Below the pieces are notes generated by a model that was not told the DNA's origin, did no database searches, and was given only the letters and a program-made list of their open reading frames with translations. A stretch of 32,558 nucleotides of DNA, from assembly GCA_013239625.1 (NCBI GenBank), contig MU054044.1, positions 1 to 32,558 of the forward strand. Reading direction: 5' to 3'. This DNA is from Lama guanicoe. Lineage: Eukaryota. The position numbers were made by a program, and so were the translations under genes. Shown here piece after piece: positions 11,031 to 21,499 of the stretch (within the stretch, counting starts at the first letter, position 1; each line of letters starts with the position of its first letter).

Positions 11031-11784
11031 ACAGTGAATGCGCTTATTATCGCCAAACTCTATCAGACAACTTTGCGCATCATATTTCCTCAATAAATAC
11101 TTATCAAATAGAGTAGAATTAGATTTTGTTGCTTTAAACTATAGGAAGCAACGGTTGACTGGGATAGAAGTTTTTAGTCATGTCCTAGTCTAACAGAGGA
11201 AGTTCTCTGGGAGTGAGCACAGCATGTGCATGTCCCACTAACTGGCCTTTGTCAATGGCTGCTGTGCAGTTCTCCTTGCAGAACATCATAAATCTGAGCA
11301 TATAGCTGGTTGCAGAATGTTATCAGATGTATCAGGCTTATTCATAAAGAGATATAAACAGATAAACAAACCATTCTTCTGTACTTTAAAAGTGACTAAA
11401 ACTTACAATGAATTTAAATATTCAGGTGATACAAAGACCATTTTCCTAATCTTGCTATTTTAATTTTATTAACGAAAATTTTTAAAGTGCAATTTTATTT
11501 CATTGCAATATATGCAGTTTTTAGTACAGTCATCTTTAATTACTTTCAGATGTACAAATTTACTATTCTCTAGTGAGATTTTCTTAGACTTTAAGGCTGA
11601 CTTTTTTTATCTCCATGACCGTTGGAACATATTTCTAGTATAGAGAAAGATTTTCAATAAATTATGTTTTGCAGAAATAATAACTGACTTTTTATAAAAA
11701 CAAAGTTACTAATTGAGGCACAACTTCCTTAAATAGGAATAATTCCTTGTACAGATTTTCTAGTACTTAACAAAAATAATGCAA

Positions 11785-11962
11785 ATAATAAAAGCTAATA
11801 TTTATGTTATACTTACAGTGTGCCAGACGTTTTTAAAATGTTTTATAATATCTTAATCTTTTTAACATGTCTTTCAGACAGTTACTCTTACTATCCCTGT
11901 TTTATTGCAAGGGAACTGGTAAACAGATAAAAGGTATCTTTTTAAAAAAACTGCACAGCTAG
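11785..11962 (-). mobile_element. MIR SINE
   Basis: 'aataataaaagctaatatttatgttatacttacagtgtgccagac...tatccctgttttattgcaagggaactgg...gcacagctag' matches the reverse-strand MIR consensus. Confidence 0.7.
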
Positions 11963-11964
11963 AC

Positions 11965-13072
11965 AGGAGTCCTAGGTATCACAGTGCAAAGAAATACGCT
12001 TATCCTTTCCCCAAGAAATAAGTATAATGCCGCACAGTATGGTCAAAACAATCATGTTAGGGCTTTAAATTAGATTAAGTCCAGGAAAGCTACTTTTTTT
12101 TCAGGAAACAAAACTGAATATAAATTGCTGCAACATATTACTTAAAACCTCCATAATTCAGCAAATATTTATGAGATATACAGAGAAACGAAGTACGAGT
12201 CATGCTCAGTTAAAAACAGTATGTCACAAGAAACAATCATAAGTGGGCACAAAGACCTCAAAGTAGCTATTATAACTATGCTCAAGGAATTCCAGGAAAC
12301 CATATTTAAATAATTGAGGAAAAATGAGATTACAACAATATTTAGAAGGGACTCAACAGAGATAGAAACTATAAAAAAGAAAGAAATGAAAATCACCTAT
12401 TTCAAAGCACAGTAAATGAAATAAAAAAAATTAGTAGATGGACTCAGTATCAGATTTGGAATGGCAGATAAAACTATCAGTGAACTTGAAGAGAGATTAA
12501 TAGAAAGTATACAATCTTAAAACCACAGAGAAAAAGAAGTGAAGAAAAATAACAGAACCTCAAAGACTAATGGAACAGCATCAGGAAAACAGAATAGAAA
12601 GAAACTTCTCCCAATTCATTTTACAAGGCAATATTACTCTGATATCAAAGCAAGATAAACATATCACAGGAAAGAAACTACAGATCAATAGCATTTATGA
12701 ACACAAACCCAAAAATCTTTCACAAAATAGTAGCTCGCCATATCCAGTCACATAGAAAAAAAAAATAATCCATCATCCGCCATTGATGTCTTATCCAAAG
12801 CTGGTTTGACTTCCAGAAACCAATTAATGTAATACATTACATTAAAAGAATAAAGAACACATACCACAGGAACATTTCATTAGACGCCCCCTCCGAAAAA
12901 ACCCATCTGACAAACCCCAACAAATATTCTTAATAAATACGCTCAACATAGTAGGAACAGAAGGAAATATTTTCAATTAGCTAATAGGTATTAGTGAAAA
13001 TTTCTAGGCCAACATCAAAGATAATGGTGAGAGACAGGATGCTTTTACTCTAATATCAGGAATGATGCAAGC
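11965..13072 (+). mobile_element. Old LINE-1 (L1M4-like): 5'/ORF1 part joined by an internal deletion (~12580) to the start of the ORF2 reverse-transcriptase domain
   Basis: ORF1-like 'caaagacctcaaagtagctattataactatgctcaaggaa...tagatggactcagtatcagatttggaatggcagataaaactatcagtgaacttgaagagaga'. Then 'cttctcccaattcattttacaaggcaatattactctgatatcaaagcaagataaacatatcacaggaaagaaactacagatcaatagcatttatgaac', a decayed LPNSFYEASITLIPKPDKD...NYRPISLMN. Confidence 0.85.
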
Positions 13073-13074
13073 CA

Positions 13075-13240
13075 TATTGTGAAGTAGGAATTTCTCTTCC
13101 ATCCTACAGATCAGAAAACTGGGGCTTAGAAAGTTTCAGCATGTTTCTGGTCTTGCAAAACTTGTAAGCGTCAGAGCCATCATTCAAACTCAAATATGAT
13201 TCTTAAGTTCCTGAGATTAATCACTGTGAGACACTGCTTT
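13075..13240 (-). mobile_element. MIR SINE
   Basis: 'tgtgaagtagg...catcctacagatcagaaaactggggcttagaaagttt...gtaagcgtcagagccatcattcaaactca' is the MIR core, reverse strand. Confidence 0.7.
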
Positions 13241-13379
13241 TCCCTTGCACCTCTGTGGTTTAGTTGCTGCACAGTTCAGCCAAATCTGAGCAATCATTCC
13301 ATATTAAAATATAACATCTATCATCATGTGTAACGTCTGAAACCTGATGTAGACATTTATCTTTGATGAAAATGTGCAC

Positions 13380-15620
13380 CATTTTATACTTTGGGTCTTC
13401 TAATTTATTTTGGTCTTCAGTCTGGCTTTTCAATAACATTTCCATTAATGCTGATTTTAGATATGTCTTTAAATCTCCTCCCATATCCTTTCTTATTTCC
13501 AGTAGATCACCTTTATATGTGAAAGCTTTTATCTCCTTTACTACTTGCATCACTTCATTCAAACCTATTCTTACTGCTCCTCTCCAGGCACTAGAATACA
13601 GAATACCTTATAGATAACCAGGTCATAAATATGTGTACATAATGTCCTGCCTTGTTGCCTTTTCTCAGAATTTGCTCGCCTGTCACTTCCTCTTTATCTT
13701 TCTTTCTATCACTTGTAGCTCCTTTCCCTTTGTCTTCAAACATGATCAAGTCTTCCCCACACTTAAAAGCCCTCCTTTGTCCCAATATCTCTCTCCACTA
13801 CTCAGTCCTTTCTGTACAAAGTAAAATGGATCCTCCAAGCTTCCAACAGATTCATCCAAGCTCACCAGAGTAACAAAGAACAGAGAGGGGTTTGAAAGCA
13901 TCTTATATCACTCTTCCCACACTCCCTTCATGAGCCAGGTCCTTCCCTAGTTTTTCCCCATCTCAGCATATAACATTATCTGCCTCACTGCTCAGACCAA
14001 AACTCCAGGTGTCATTCTTGATCTTTTGTATCTGTTTAGTTCGATATTTGATCATTAACACTCCTGTTGGTTTTACCCCTATAATAGTCCCCATTATCCA
14101 CAGAGGATATGTTCCAAGACCCTCAGTGGTTATTTGAAACCACAAATAGTCCAAATGCTATATAAACTATGTATTTTCCTATGCATTCACACCTATGATA
14201 AAAGTTTAATTTAAAATTTAGGCACAACAGAAGATTAAGAATAACAAATAATAAAACAATTATAACAATATACTATAAGTTATGTGAATGTACTCTCTAG
14301 ATCTGTCTTAATATACTTTATTGTACAAATTTAATGCCTTTTCCATCTTAACTAAGCACTTATCACACACTGTGGCCACAGCTTTTGCAGTCCATGGTGC
14401 AACAGCAGCCCTGGTATGAATTTCTGTTTCCTTATTCACTATTTCATGGATGGAAGATTTGTTCTTACTGTGGATCTTAACAACCTGAGCATACAATTTT
14501 TTCTTTGCTTATTAACTTGGTAACTTTCATCTTTTCATTTAAAACAAGCACTTTGTGGCTTCTCTTCGGCAGTTCTGAATTGCTTAGCATCACTTCTCTT
14601 GATCTTTGTGACCACTGCTAAGTAAAGTAAGGGTGACTTGAACACAAGCACTGCGGTATCCAGAGTGCTGATCTGATAACCCAGGTGGCTACTATGTATG
14701 GGACTCACAGGTGAGATACACTAGACAGAAGGATGATTCGCATTCTGGGCAGGACAGAGAAGGATGGTGCGGTAACTCAGAATGGCACACAATTTAATAC
14801 TTAAGAGTTACTTATTTCTGGAGTTTTCCATTTAATACTTTCATGGCTCAGATGACCATGAGTAACTCAAATTGTAAAGAGAGAAACTGCAGATAAGGGG
14901 GGCTACTGTATTTTCATAGTCTCATCTCTAGCTTTCTTTGTTCCACTTTTTTCTCATAATAGTTTATTTTCTACATAAAGGCCACATTCCTTTTTCTAAA
15001 GTATGCACTAGATCATCACTCACCTGTTTAAATCCCTTCCATGGCTTCCTATAGCATATGGAGGACAACATAAATGCCTTACTAAGGCCTGCAAACATAA
15101 TAGTAATATAATACTTTTTTGTCCTAATATGGTTACAAATTGTTATTATCTTGCCTAGGTTTCTAAAATCAACCCCCCCTCCATTAATTTACCTCTGGCC
15201 ATTTTGTCTCTCTTACTAACTTTTCAGTGAGTCAAGTTTAGTCTCTGCACTTGCATTTCATGCTGCCTAAAAATGTATCCCAGGTATTTCCACAGCTCAT
15301 CCATTCTCATCATCCACGTTCTATCCCAAAGATTAGCCATTCCAAAAAGCCTTTTATGACTGTAGTAGATAAATTAATATCCATTCACTTACTTACCACA
15401 ACTCCTTACTGCATTTCTCTTTTATTTTTTTTTTAAGGGAACTTCTCAATATCTGAAATTCTGTTTCACTCTTTATTTGCATCTATGTCAACATCTTGCC
15501 TCATCAGAACACAAGGCATGTGAAAAATGGAAGAAATTATCTTTTATGTGCTGATAAATCCTCCAACACCTAAAACAATACCCAACAGATTCTTTATATT
15601 TGTTGAATGAATGAATGAAA
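13380..15620 (+). mobile_element. Fragmented L2 LINE (ORF2 3' part to tail), interrupted by MER44/Tigger7
   Basis: L2 motifs: 'cctttccctttgtcttcaaacatgatcaagtcttccccacacttaaaa' (~13720), 'ttccccatctcagca...ctgctcagaccaaaactccaggtgtcattcttga' (~13955), 'gatcatcactcacctgtttaaatcccttccatggcttcct' (~15010) and the tail 'atatttgttgaatgaatgaatgaa' (~15596-15620). The left boundary is uncertain. Confidence 0.75.
14082..14908 (-). mobile_element. Tigger7/MER44-family (TcMar-Tigger) non-autonomous DNA transposon with a transposase N-terminal remnant
   Basis: 22-bp TIRs: taatagtccccattatccacag (14082-14103) vs the reverse complement of 14887-14908, cagtagccccccttatctgcag (16/22). TA dinucleotides flank both ends (14080-81, 14909-10). 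MER44-type body 'ttccaagaccctcagtgg...cctatgataaaagtttaattt'. Minus ORF 14308-14496 'YAQVVKIHSKNKSSIHEIVNKETEI...VAPWTAK...DKCLVKMEKALNLY' is a pogo/CENP-B-like HTH remnant. Confidence 0.9.
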
Positions 15621-15640
15621 GAAAGAAAGAAAGAAAGAAA
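15606..15640. repeat. (AATG)n(AAAG)n microsatellite grown from the L2 tail
   Basis: aatgaatgaatgaaagaaagaaagaaagaaagaaa. Confidence 0.9.
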
Positions 15641-16009
15641 GAGAAACTGTAATGATTTCTGTGTACCTATCATTAAATTGGTGAAGTGAGACAGCTTCAT
15701 GGTAGAAGGTTCAATGTGTTTAAAATATTTTTGGATTAAAAAATAAATATATATAGTGAATAAGCTTTCTCTGTTTTGATAATTCCATAATTTCATTATA
15801 ATAAAATAGTAATGAGTAAATATCGTATTTCTTATTCTGAATTATTTAACCTAGAAAATTATATTTAACGATGAAAATAAAACTGAAAATACATTTTGTT
15901 CATTTTAAAAATAGCTATTAAAGTATAATCTCTATCATAATGGTGTTTCTGTCTTGTAGAAGACTTGATCTAGTCTTAATGACTCTGCTACTCACCTTCT
16001 ACATTAATT

Positions 16010-16200
16010 TTACTTGCATGATGCATTCCCCCTAAACTTCATTTATATTCTTTTTTGTACCTTTCATCCACTCCCTCGATATCTGAAGTGCTCCAAATTT
16101 CTGTCTTCAAAGTTTAACTCTCTCCTGAACTCCAAACAGTTATGTGTTTCCAACACCCCTCTCTACCTTTACACAGACATCATTAAGATACTTTAAAGAA
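16010..16200 (+). mobile_element. L2 fragment
   Basis: 'ctccaaatttctgtcttcaaagtttaactctctcctgaactccaaacag' resembles L2 'ctcccaaatttatatctccagcccagacctctcccctgaactccagac'. Confidence 0.6.
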
Positions 16201-16209
16201 ACCCATAAG

Positions 16210-16395
16210 GCACTGTGATGTAGTTCTTAGGAGCCCTAACTTCAAATTTCAACTCTGCTAAATTCATGCGTCCTTATCTGTAAAGTCAAGATAACAACAG
16301 AATCTACCTCTTAGGCAGCATTAACCCTACAGTTTTATTGAGCTAAACCATGTAATCACTAGGTGAATGGTAAGTGGTATGTAACTGTTTCGTTA
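16210..16395 (+). mobile_element. MIR SINE (internally deleted)
   Basis: 'ttcaaatttcaactctgcta...tccttatctgtaaagtcaagataacaacagaatctacctcttagg' is the MIR core. Confidence 0.65.
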
Positions 16396-17346
16396 TCGGA
16401 CATATATGCTGGGACTAGAATTTATATTAATACTAATTAATGACCATATTACTATAGTTGATGAAAATAAGTGGCATTTAAACATCTAGTTTTCAAAAGT
16501 AAAATATTCCTTCTTGAGTGATTAAAGTATAACTACAGAACTTTTGTGAGGATATACTTTTATTCAGTATTATTTATTTAATTGAATTATTTAACCAAAA
16601 TTTATTTGGTACATTGTTATAATGTACCAAATATGATATAAGATATTAAGAAGTCAAAAAATTAACCAGTATTATATCTATTCATAAAAGACTCAGATCA
16701 TAAAATGGTATCAGAGAAAAAAAGACTCATTTGCATTAGACTATGAAGGCTGTGTTGTAGCTACATTCAAGGTAATGGGTTTGAGTTGAAGATTGATCTC
16801 CCACAAATACTTGATTTTTCCCACCTCAATTTCCTCTTTTTGCAAAATGAATGATTGCATTATATCTAATAACCATCTCAGTTCTAAATATTATATATAC
16901 AAATAAATAGCCCATAAATTAGTATCATATTCTTATCTAAAACAAAGATCAGGCTACTGACTCCCCAGCTGCAGTCAGAAAGCTTCATAACATACATAGA
17001 TCAAAATATACTTTTTTGTGCTTCCAAGGTTTAAGAAATCTTAGGGAAATTTTTTTCCTATTTTTATGGGTTTTATTTTGTTGGAATCTGCCACAATCTC
17101 TAAATGAGAACAGCATTAGATCTAGAGCATAAAGTAAAAAAAACACATTTCCCAAAAGCTCACTTTATCTCTGTCATGTAAACAGATCTGATGGGCTTTC
17201 TATATAGCCCAACAATGATCTTAAATTCTTATTTTGATATCTTGCTGCATATAGTTTTAAGAAGAAGATTTTAAGTCGCATAAACATGAAGGAAGTGAGC
17301 ATGTCTATTAAGAATTTCAAGTTAAGTTCAGCCACCGTTCTGCCAA

Positions 17347-17368
17347 CACACACACACACACACACACT
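17347..17368. repeat. (CA)n microsatellite
   Basis: Directly visible. Confidence 0.95.
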
Positions 17369-18679
17369 ACAAAAAAGTTTAGTTTGGGCTTGAAATCTAC
17401 TTTACTTTTATTTTGTAATTTCTCAAATATTGTAAAATGTAAAACAAAATTAGGAATTTAGTCTCATGGCACGATGCTCTACCTTGCACTTCATAAGAAA
17501 CATACATTAAAGAATTGTCAATGGATTAACTGGGATGTTCAGATTTAAGCACCCGTGGATCTGATTAGGAAACAGCTATATTCATTCCAGTGTATTGGAG
17601 AAAATGTATCTACTTTCTGGATGAACCCAAATAATTAGTATTTTTTTCTTTTTATCTTTACTCCCTCCTGCTAACTTTGAAAACCAAAAATTTCCAACCA
17701 AATCAGTAGCTGATGTTCTCCCTCACTTCTAACTGGTAGAGCAGTCCAATCCTAGAAATAATGTAGTTTCACACATTTTTTTCCTCCGTTGGCCAGTGGT
17801 CTCTTTCTGTTGTTGAATTAGAATCCATTCTTTCTTTGAGGGCCTATTCATATCTCTAATGCCAAAATGTGAATGGTTTATAATAAGCAAGGGCAGGGTA
17901 GTTATTCTACAGCTGTTCTCATTTATTTAGAAATGCCATGCATGTAAGAAAAAATACCAATCTTGGACAATATCACTGCCTTCCCCACAGCCCCAGATCC
18001 ATTATGACCAATGAGCAACTGTGCGAATTCTGCTACTGTAAGCAATCTGTTCTAGTTACAATCCTGGGCATTCTGTTCAGTAACAGTAACGCTATGTCCA
18101 TTTCCTCCAGCAACTGGCCGTGCTCTTCAGTCTAGTTGTTTTTTATAATGCAATCTCCTGAAAATACTGCTTGTTGTTAAAACAAGAAAATACACAGATA
18201 TTTAACGTGTAGATGTTTGTTTGCAGTTGCATCATGGATTAGAAATAAAATCAATAGGCTATTATACAGAAGCATCTAGCAAAAGAAACCAGAATGTGTA
18301 AACAAATGTGAATCAACTATCAAAAGATGACTTGAGACAGGGAAATACTACCTCATGGTTATGGGATAGTTTGTTTTGGATCACGGATAAAATGGAAATA
18401 AAACAAATAAACATGTACCTTTTCAGAGGGAAGACGCAATTCCATTTTTTTCTTTTTATTCCAGAAGGAAGGAGCTGTGAGGGGAAAGAACATAAAACAA
18501 ACTGTGAACAATGTGCATAAACACTGTTACAACTTCAATAGAACACTTCTGAATTATGGTTTCCCATAGACCCCAGAAAACATGCTACTTGATAAGACTG
18601 CTTTTATTTATGCACTGATGTACAAATGCATTATTAATATTGTTGTAATTATTGAAGAAGTTAAAAAGTCAGACAGGGT

Positions 18680-19164
18680 TCAAGGACTGAGTCAGTCTCC
18701 ATGGGTCTCCTATGTTTCTGCACATCTTGTGAGCAAGACATTGTGTCCTTTGTCATCTCTTTAAGAAGTATATAGCAAACAGCTTTGGAAGATAGAGTCT
18801 CCCTTCACAGTCAAGGACAGGCTACTTACTCCACAGTGTAATAAAGAGAATGCCTTTCCTAAAGAGCAAAGGGCAGGACAGCTTACTGCCCATTATAAAA
18901 TATTTAGGTTCCTTAAGCTTAGTGTTGCTCTCCTACAATGTAACACATTATACTGTACAGGTGCCATATGGGCCTTTGTATGTCATACGGTAAGAACTGG
19001 AACTGAGGGAATTAATGGAAAGTGGCTGACATTCTGGCTACTCATATTTTTATGAGTAATCAATTCAACATAATTTTTGACATTAGTCTTGTATTTTCCA
19101 CCAGCAACGAAAATGTGGTAGGCTGACTTGTTAGCTTGTCTCAGAACCTTCACAGTTCTTGACA
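18680..19164 (+). mobile_element. Solo LTR, ERVL class (MER76-like; subfamily tentative)
   Basis: Ends in the typical '...ttgttagcttgtctcagaaccttcacagttcttgaca'. Internal 'agagcaaagggcaggacagcttactgcccattataaaatatttaggttccttaagc' contains a TATA-like box. No internal retroviral genes. Confidence 0.7.
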
Positions 19165-20279
19165 GGGAAGGTTTAGGATTAGGGTTACAAAGAGGAGATA
19201 AAGTAGTGTCATATTTGGGGTTGGGAAGGCATCATAAATTACTGACTTCCTTAAGATGGGCAAGATATGTCCAGCTAAATCTCATCCCCCCCCACAGGAA
19301 AATACATGTATGCAAATGATTCTTACAAACATGTATTTTATTGCATATTACACTTTCCCATGCTACCCTCTAAACAGAGTCACTCCTTATCCTCTAGTAG
19401 CCAGAATGTAACTGATTCCAGCTCACTTTTGCTCTAGCCTTTCGGAATTAAGAAACAATGATTAAAGTAGAAAAAGAAAAAGCTTGTGGAAGTGAAGCCG
19501 GATACCCTTACTTAAGGGAACAAGTACGAGGAAGTCAGTGGTAAGGCAAGCTAACAGCTGTTCACGTTTACCCAGTTTGCTCACTGAGAAGTACACAGTA
19601 CATGCACCGGACCTCAAGGGAAGCTCAGATCCCAGTAATCCTGGAGTTTAGGAAGTTTACAATTAAGTATTTGCAGCCATACAAATACATTAAGTCTGCA
19701 TACTAAAGCCACAAAGTAGACGGTCTTATTATGTAGGTGATAAAGTTGAGGCTTAGAAAGATTAAGGAAACATACTGAAGGCTTTGCTTATGTTTTGTAA
19801 AAGGAGGGGGCAAGATGTGGTCTCAGATTAGCTGTATTTCAATTCTCATGCCCTTTGTCACTACTGAATACTCTTCACTATAAGCGTAAGAGCAGAGGGC
19901 AGCAGGGGCTGATTCAGACGCCCTTCTGCCAGATTCCCAGCCGTGGCACAGCACAGAGCAGCTGTAGCACAGCCTCGCAGGTACATTCAACATCAACATA
20001 TGCCATGTCCTGCATGTGGACATCTGGCTCCTCCACAAAAAATGGATAACAAGGCATAAAATGCCCTATCAGCATTGTAACGTAAAGAACTGAGCTTGGG
20101 AGCAAACATTAACTGTCTTTGGGATTCCCTAAAATACTTCCATAAAAAAACTAGCCTTTCTGTAATTGCTGGCAAGAGAAAAAACAGACAGTGTCTTGCT
20201 ACTGTTTTCTTGACTCTGGTTTTAGCCCTCAATCCCAAAGGCTGGGGAAACAAGGAGTGATATCTGTGGGTTTTTTCTG

Positions 20280-20365
20280 TCTTCTCTAATTGATTATAAG
20301 CTTTTAAGGACAGGGGTCATGTCTTTTTCATCTCTGTTTTCCCAGACTTTATTTCAGTGATTGTC
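20280..20365 (+). mobile_element. L2 3' fragment running into the gap
   Basis: 'gattataagcttttaaggacaggggtcatgtctttttcatctctgttttcccag' resembles L2 'gactgtaagctccttgagggcagggaccatgtcttgttcatctctgtatccccag'. Confidence 0.65.
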
Positions 20366-20879
20366 NNNNNNNNNNNNNNNNNNNNNNNNNNNNNNNNNNN
20401 NNNNNNNNNNNNNNNNNNNNNNNNNNNNNNNNNNNNNNNNNNNNNNNNNNNNNNNNNNNNNNNNNNNNNNNNNNNNNNNNNNNNNNNNNNNNNNNNNNNN
20501 NNNNNNNNNNNNNNNNNNNNNNNNNNNNNNNNNNNNNNNNNNNNNNNNNNNNNNNNNNNNNNNNNNNNNNNNNNNNNNNNNNNNNNNNNNNNNNNNNNNN
20601 NNNNNNNNNNNNNNNNNNNNNNNNNNNNNNNNNNNNNNNNNNNNNNNNNNNNNNNNNNNNNNNNNNNNNNNNNNNNNNNNNNNNNNNNNNNNNNNNNNNN
20701 NNNNNNNNNNNNNNNNNNNNNNNNNNNNNNNNNNNNNNNNNNNNNNNNNNNNNNNNNNNNNNNNNNNNNNNNNNNNNNNNNNNNNNNNNNNNNNNNNNNN
20801 NNNNNNNNNNNNNNNNNNNNNNNNNNNNNNNNNNNNNNNNNNNNNNNNNNNNNNNNNNNNNNNNNNNNNNNNNNNNNNN
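20366..20879. other. Assembly gap (514 N)
   Basis: Run of N. Confidence 1.
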
Positions 20880-21499
20880 ATAGTCTAGTAGAAAGACACT
20901 CAAACAGTAATAATACCATATCTAGGGTAATGACCAAGATGCGCTTAGAGGAAAGATGTGGCACCAGCACATCCTGGTGGATCAGAAATGGCTCTCAGAT
21001 GAGATGATACTGGGGATGAGTCACTCTCCTCCCAAGAGACAAACTCTGTGTTAAGCTGACCTGACTTGTCCACCTACACAGGTTCATACCAAAATACCTT
21101 CATTTCTCCACTAGGGACTCTATTCAGGAAAGTATTATAATCCCCGTGGCCCCTCCTCATCCTCCTGTCAGAGCATGTTCAAATTATTTTATCTTTGTAA
21201 TTCTCACAGGAATTTTAAAAATGTGTATGTGCTGGGATGGGGACACACAGGTGGTAGGGATTAATACAGACCTGAAAACAAACAAGGAAAAATGCAGTAA
21301 TGTTAAGTGACTTGTTTAAATCTGAACATCTACTAAATCCAAAAGAATCCATTTGTCTTAAAAATTGGTGCCTATAAATTCTACATAATCAATCTGGCTC
21401 ATTGGCTGAGACTGTGATCAGCATAATTACAAATTTTTGGAATAAATAAGAATAATTTAGTTCCATCAGCTATATATAAAGAAGTGATTAAATGATGGT

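Noticed and set aside
11785..13240. One MIR split by the L1 at 11965-13072
   Set aside because: Both MIR pieces contain the same core segment, so they are two separate copies.
13260..13562. 100-aa minus ORF that looks globular, faintly annexin-like (…KGDLLEIRKDMGGDLKTYLKSAL…)
   Set aside because: It has no real annexin GxGTDE motif, a non-ATG start and no splice context, and it appears to be antisense to decayed L2 sequence. BLASTP would settle it.
19914..20105. 63-aa minus ORF (…EEPDVHMQDMAYVDVECTCEAVLQLL…)
   Set aside because: No recognisable family, no convincing splice sites or Kozak ATG, and a length expected by chance.
20317..21007. Longest ORFs in the track (175-217 aa)
   Set aside because: Artefacts of translating the N gap.
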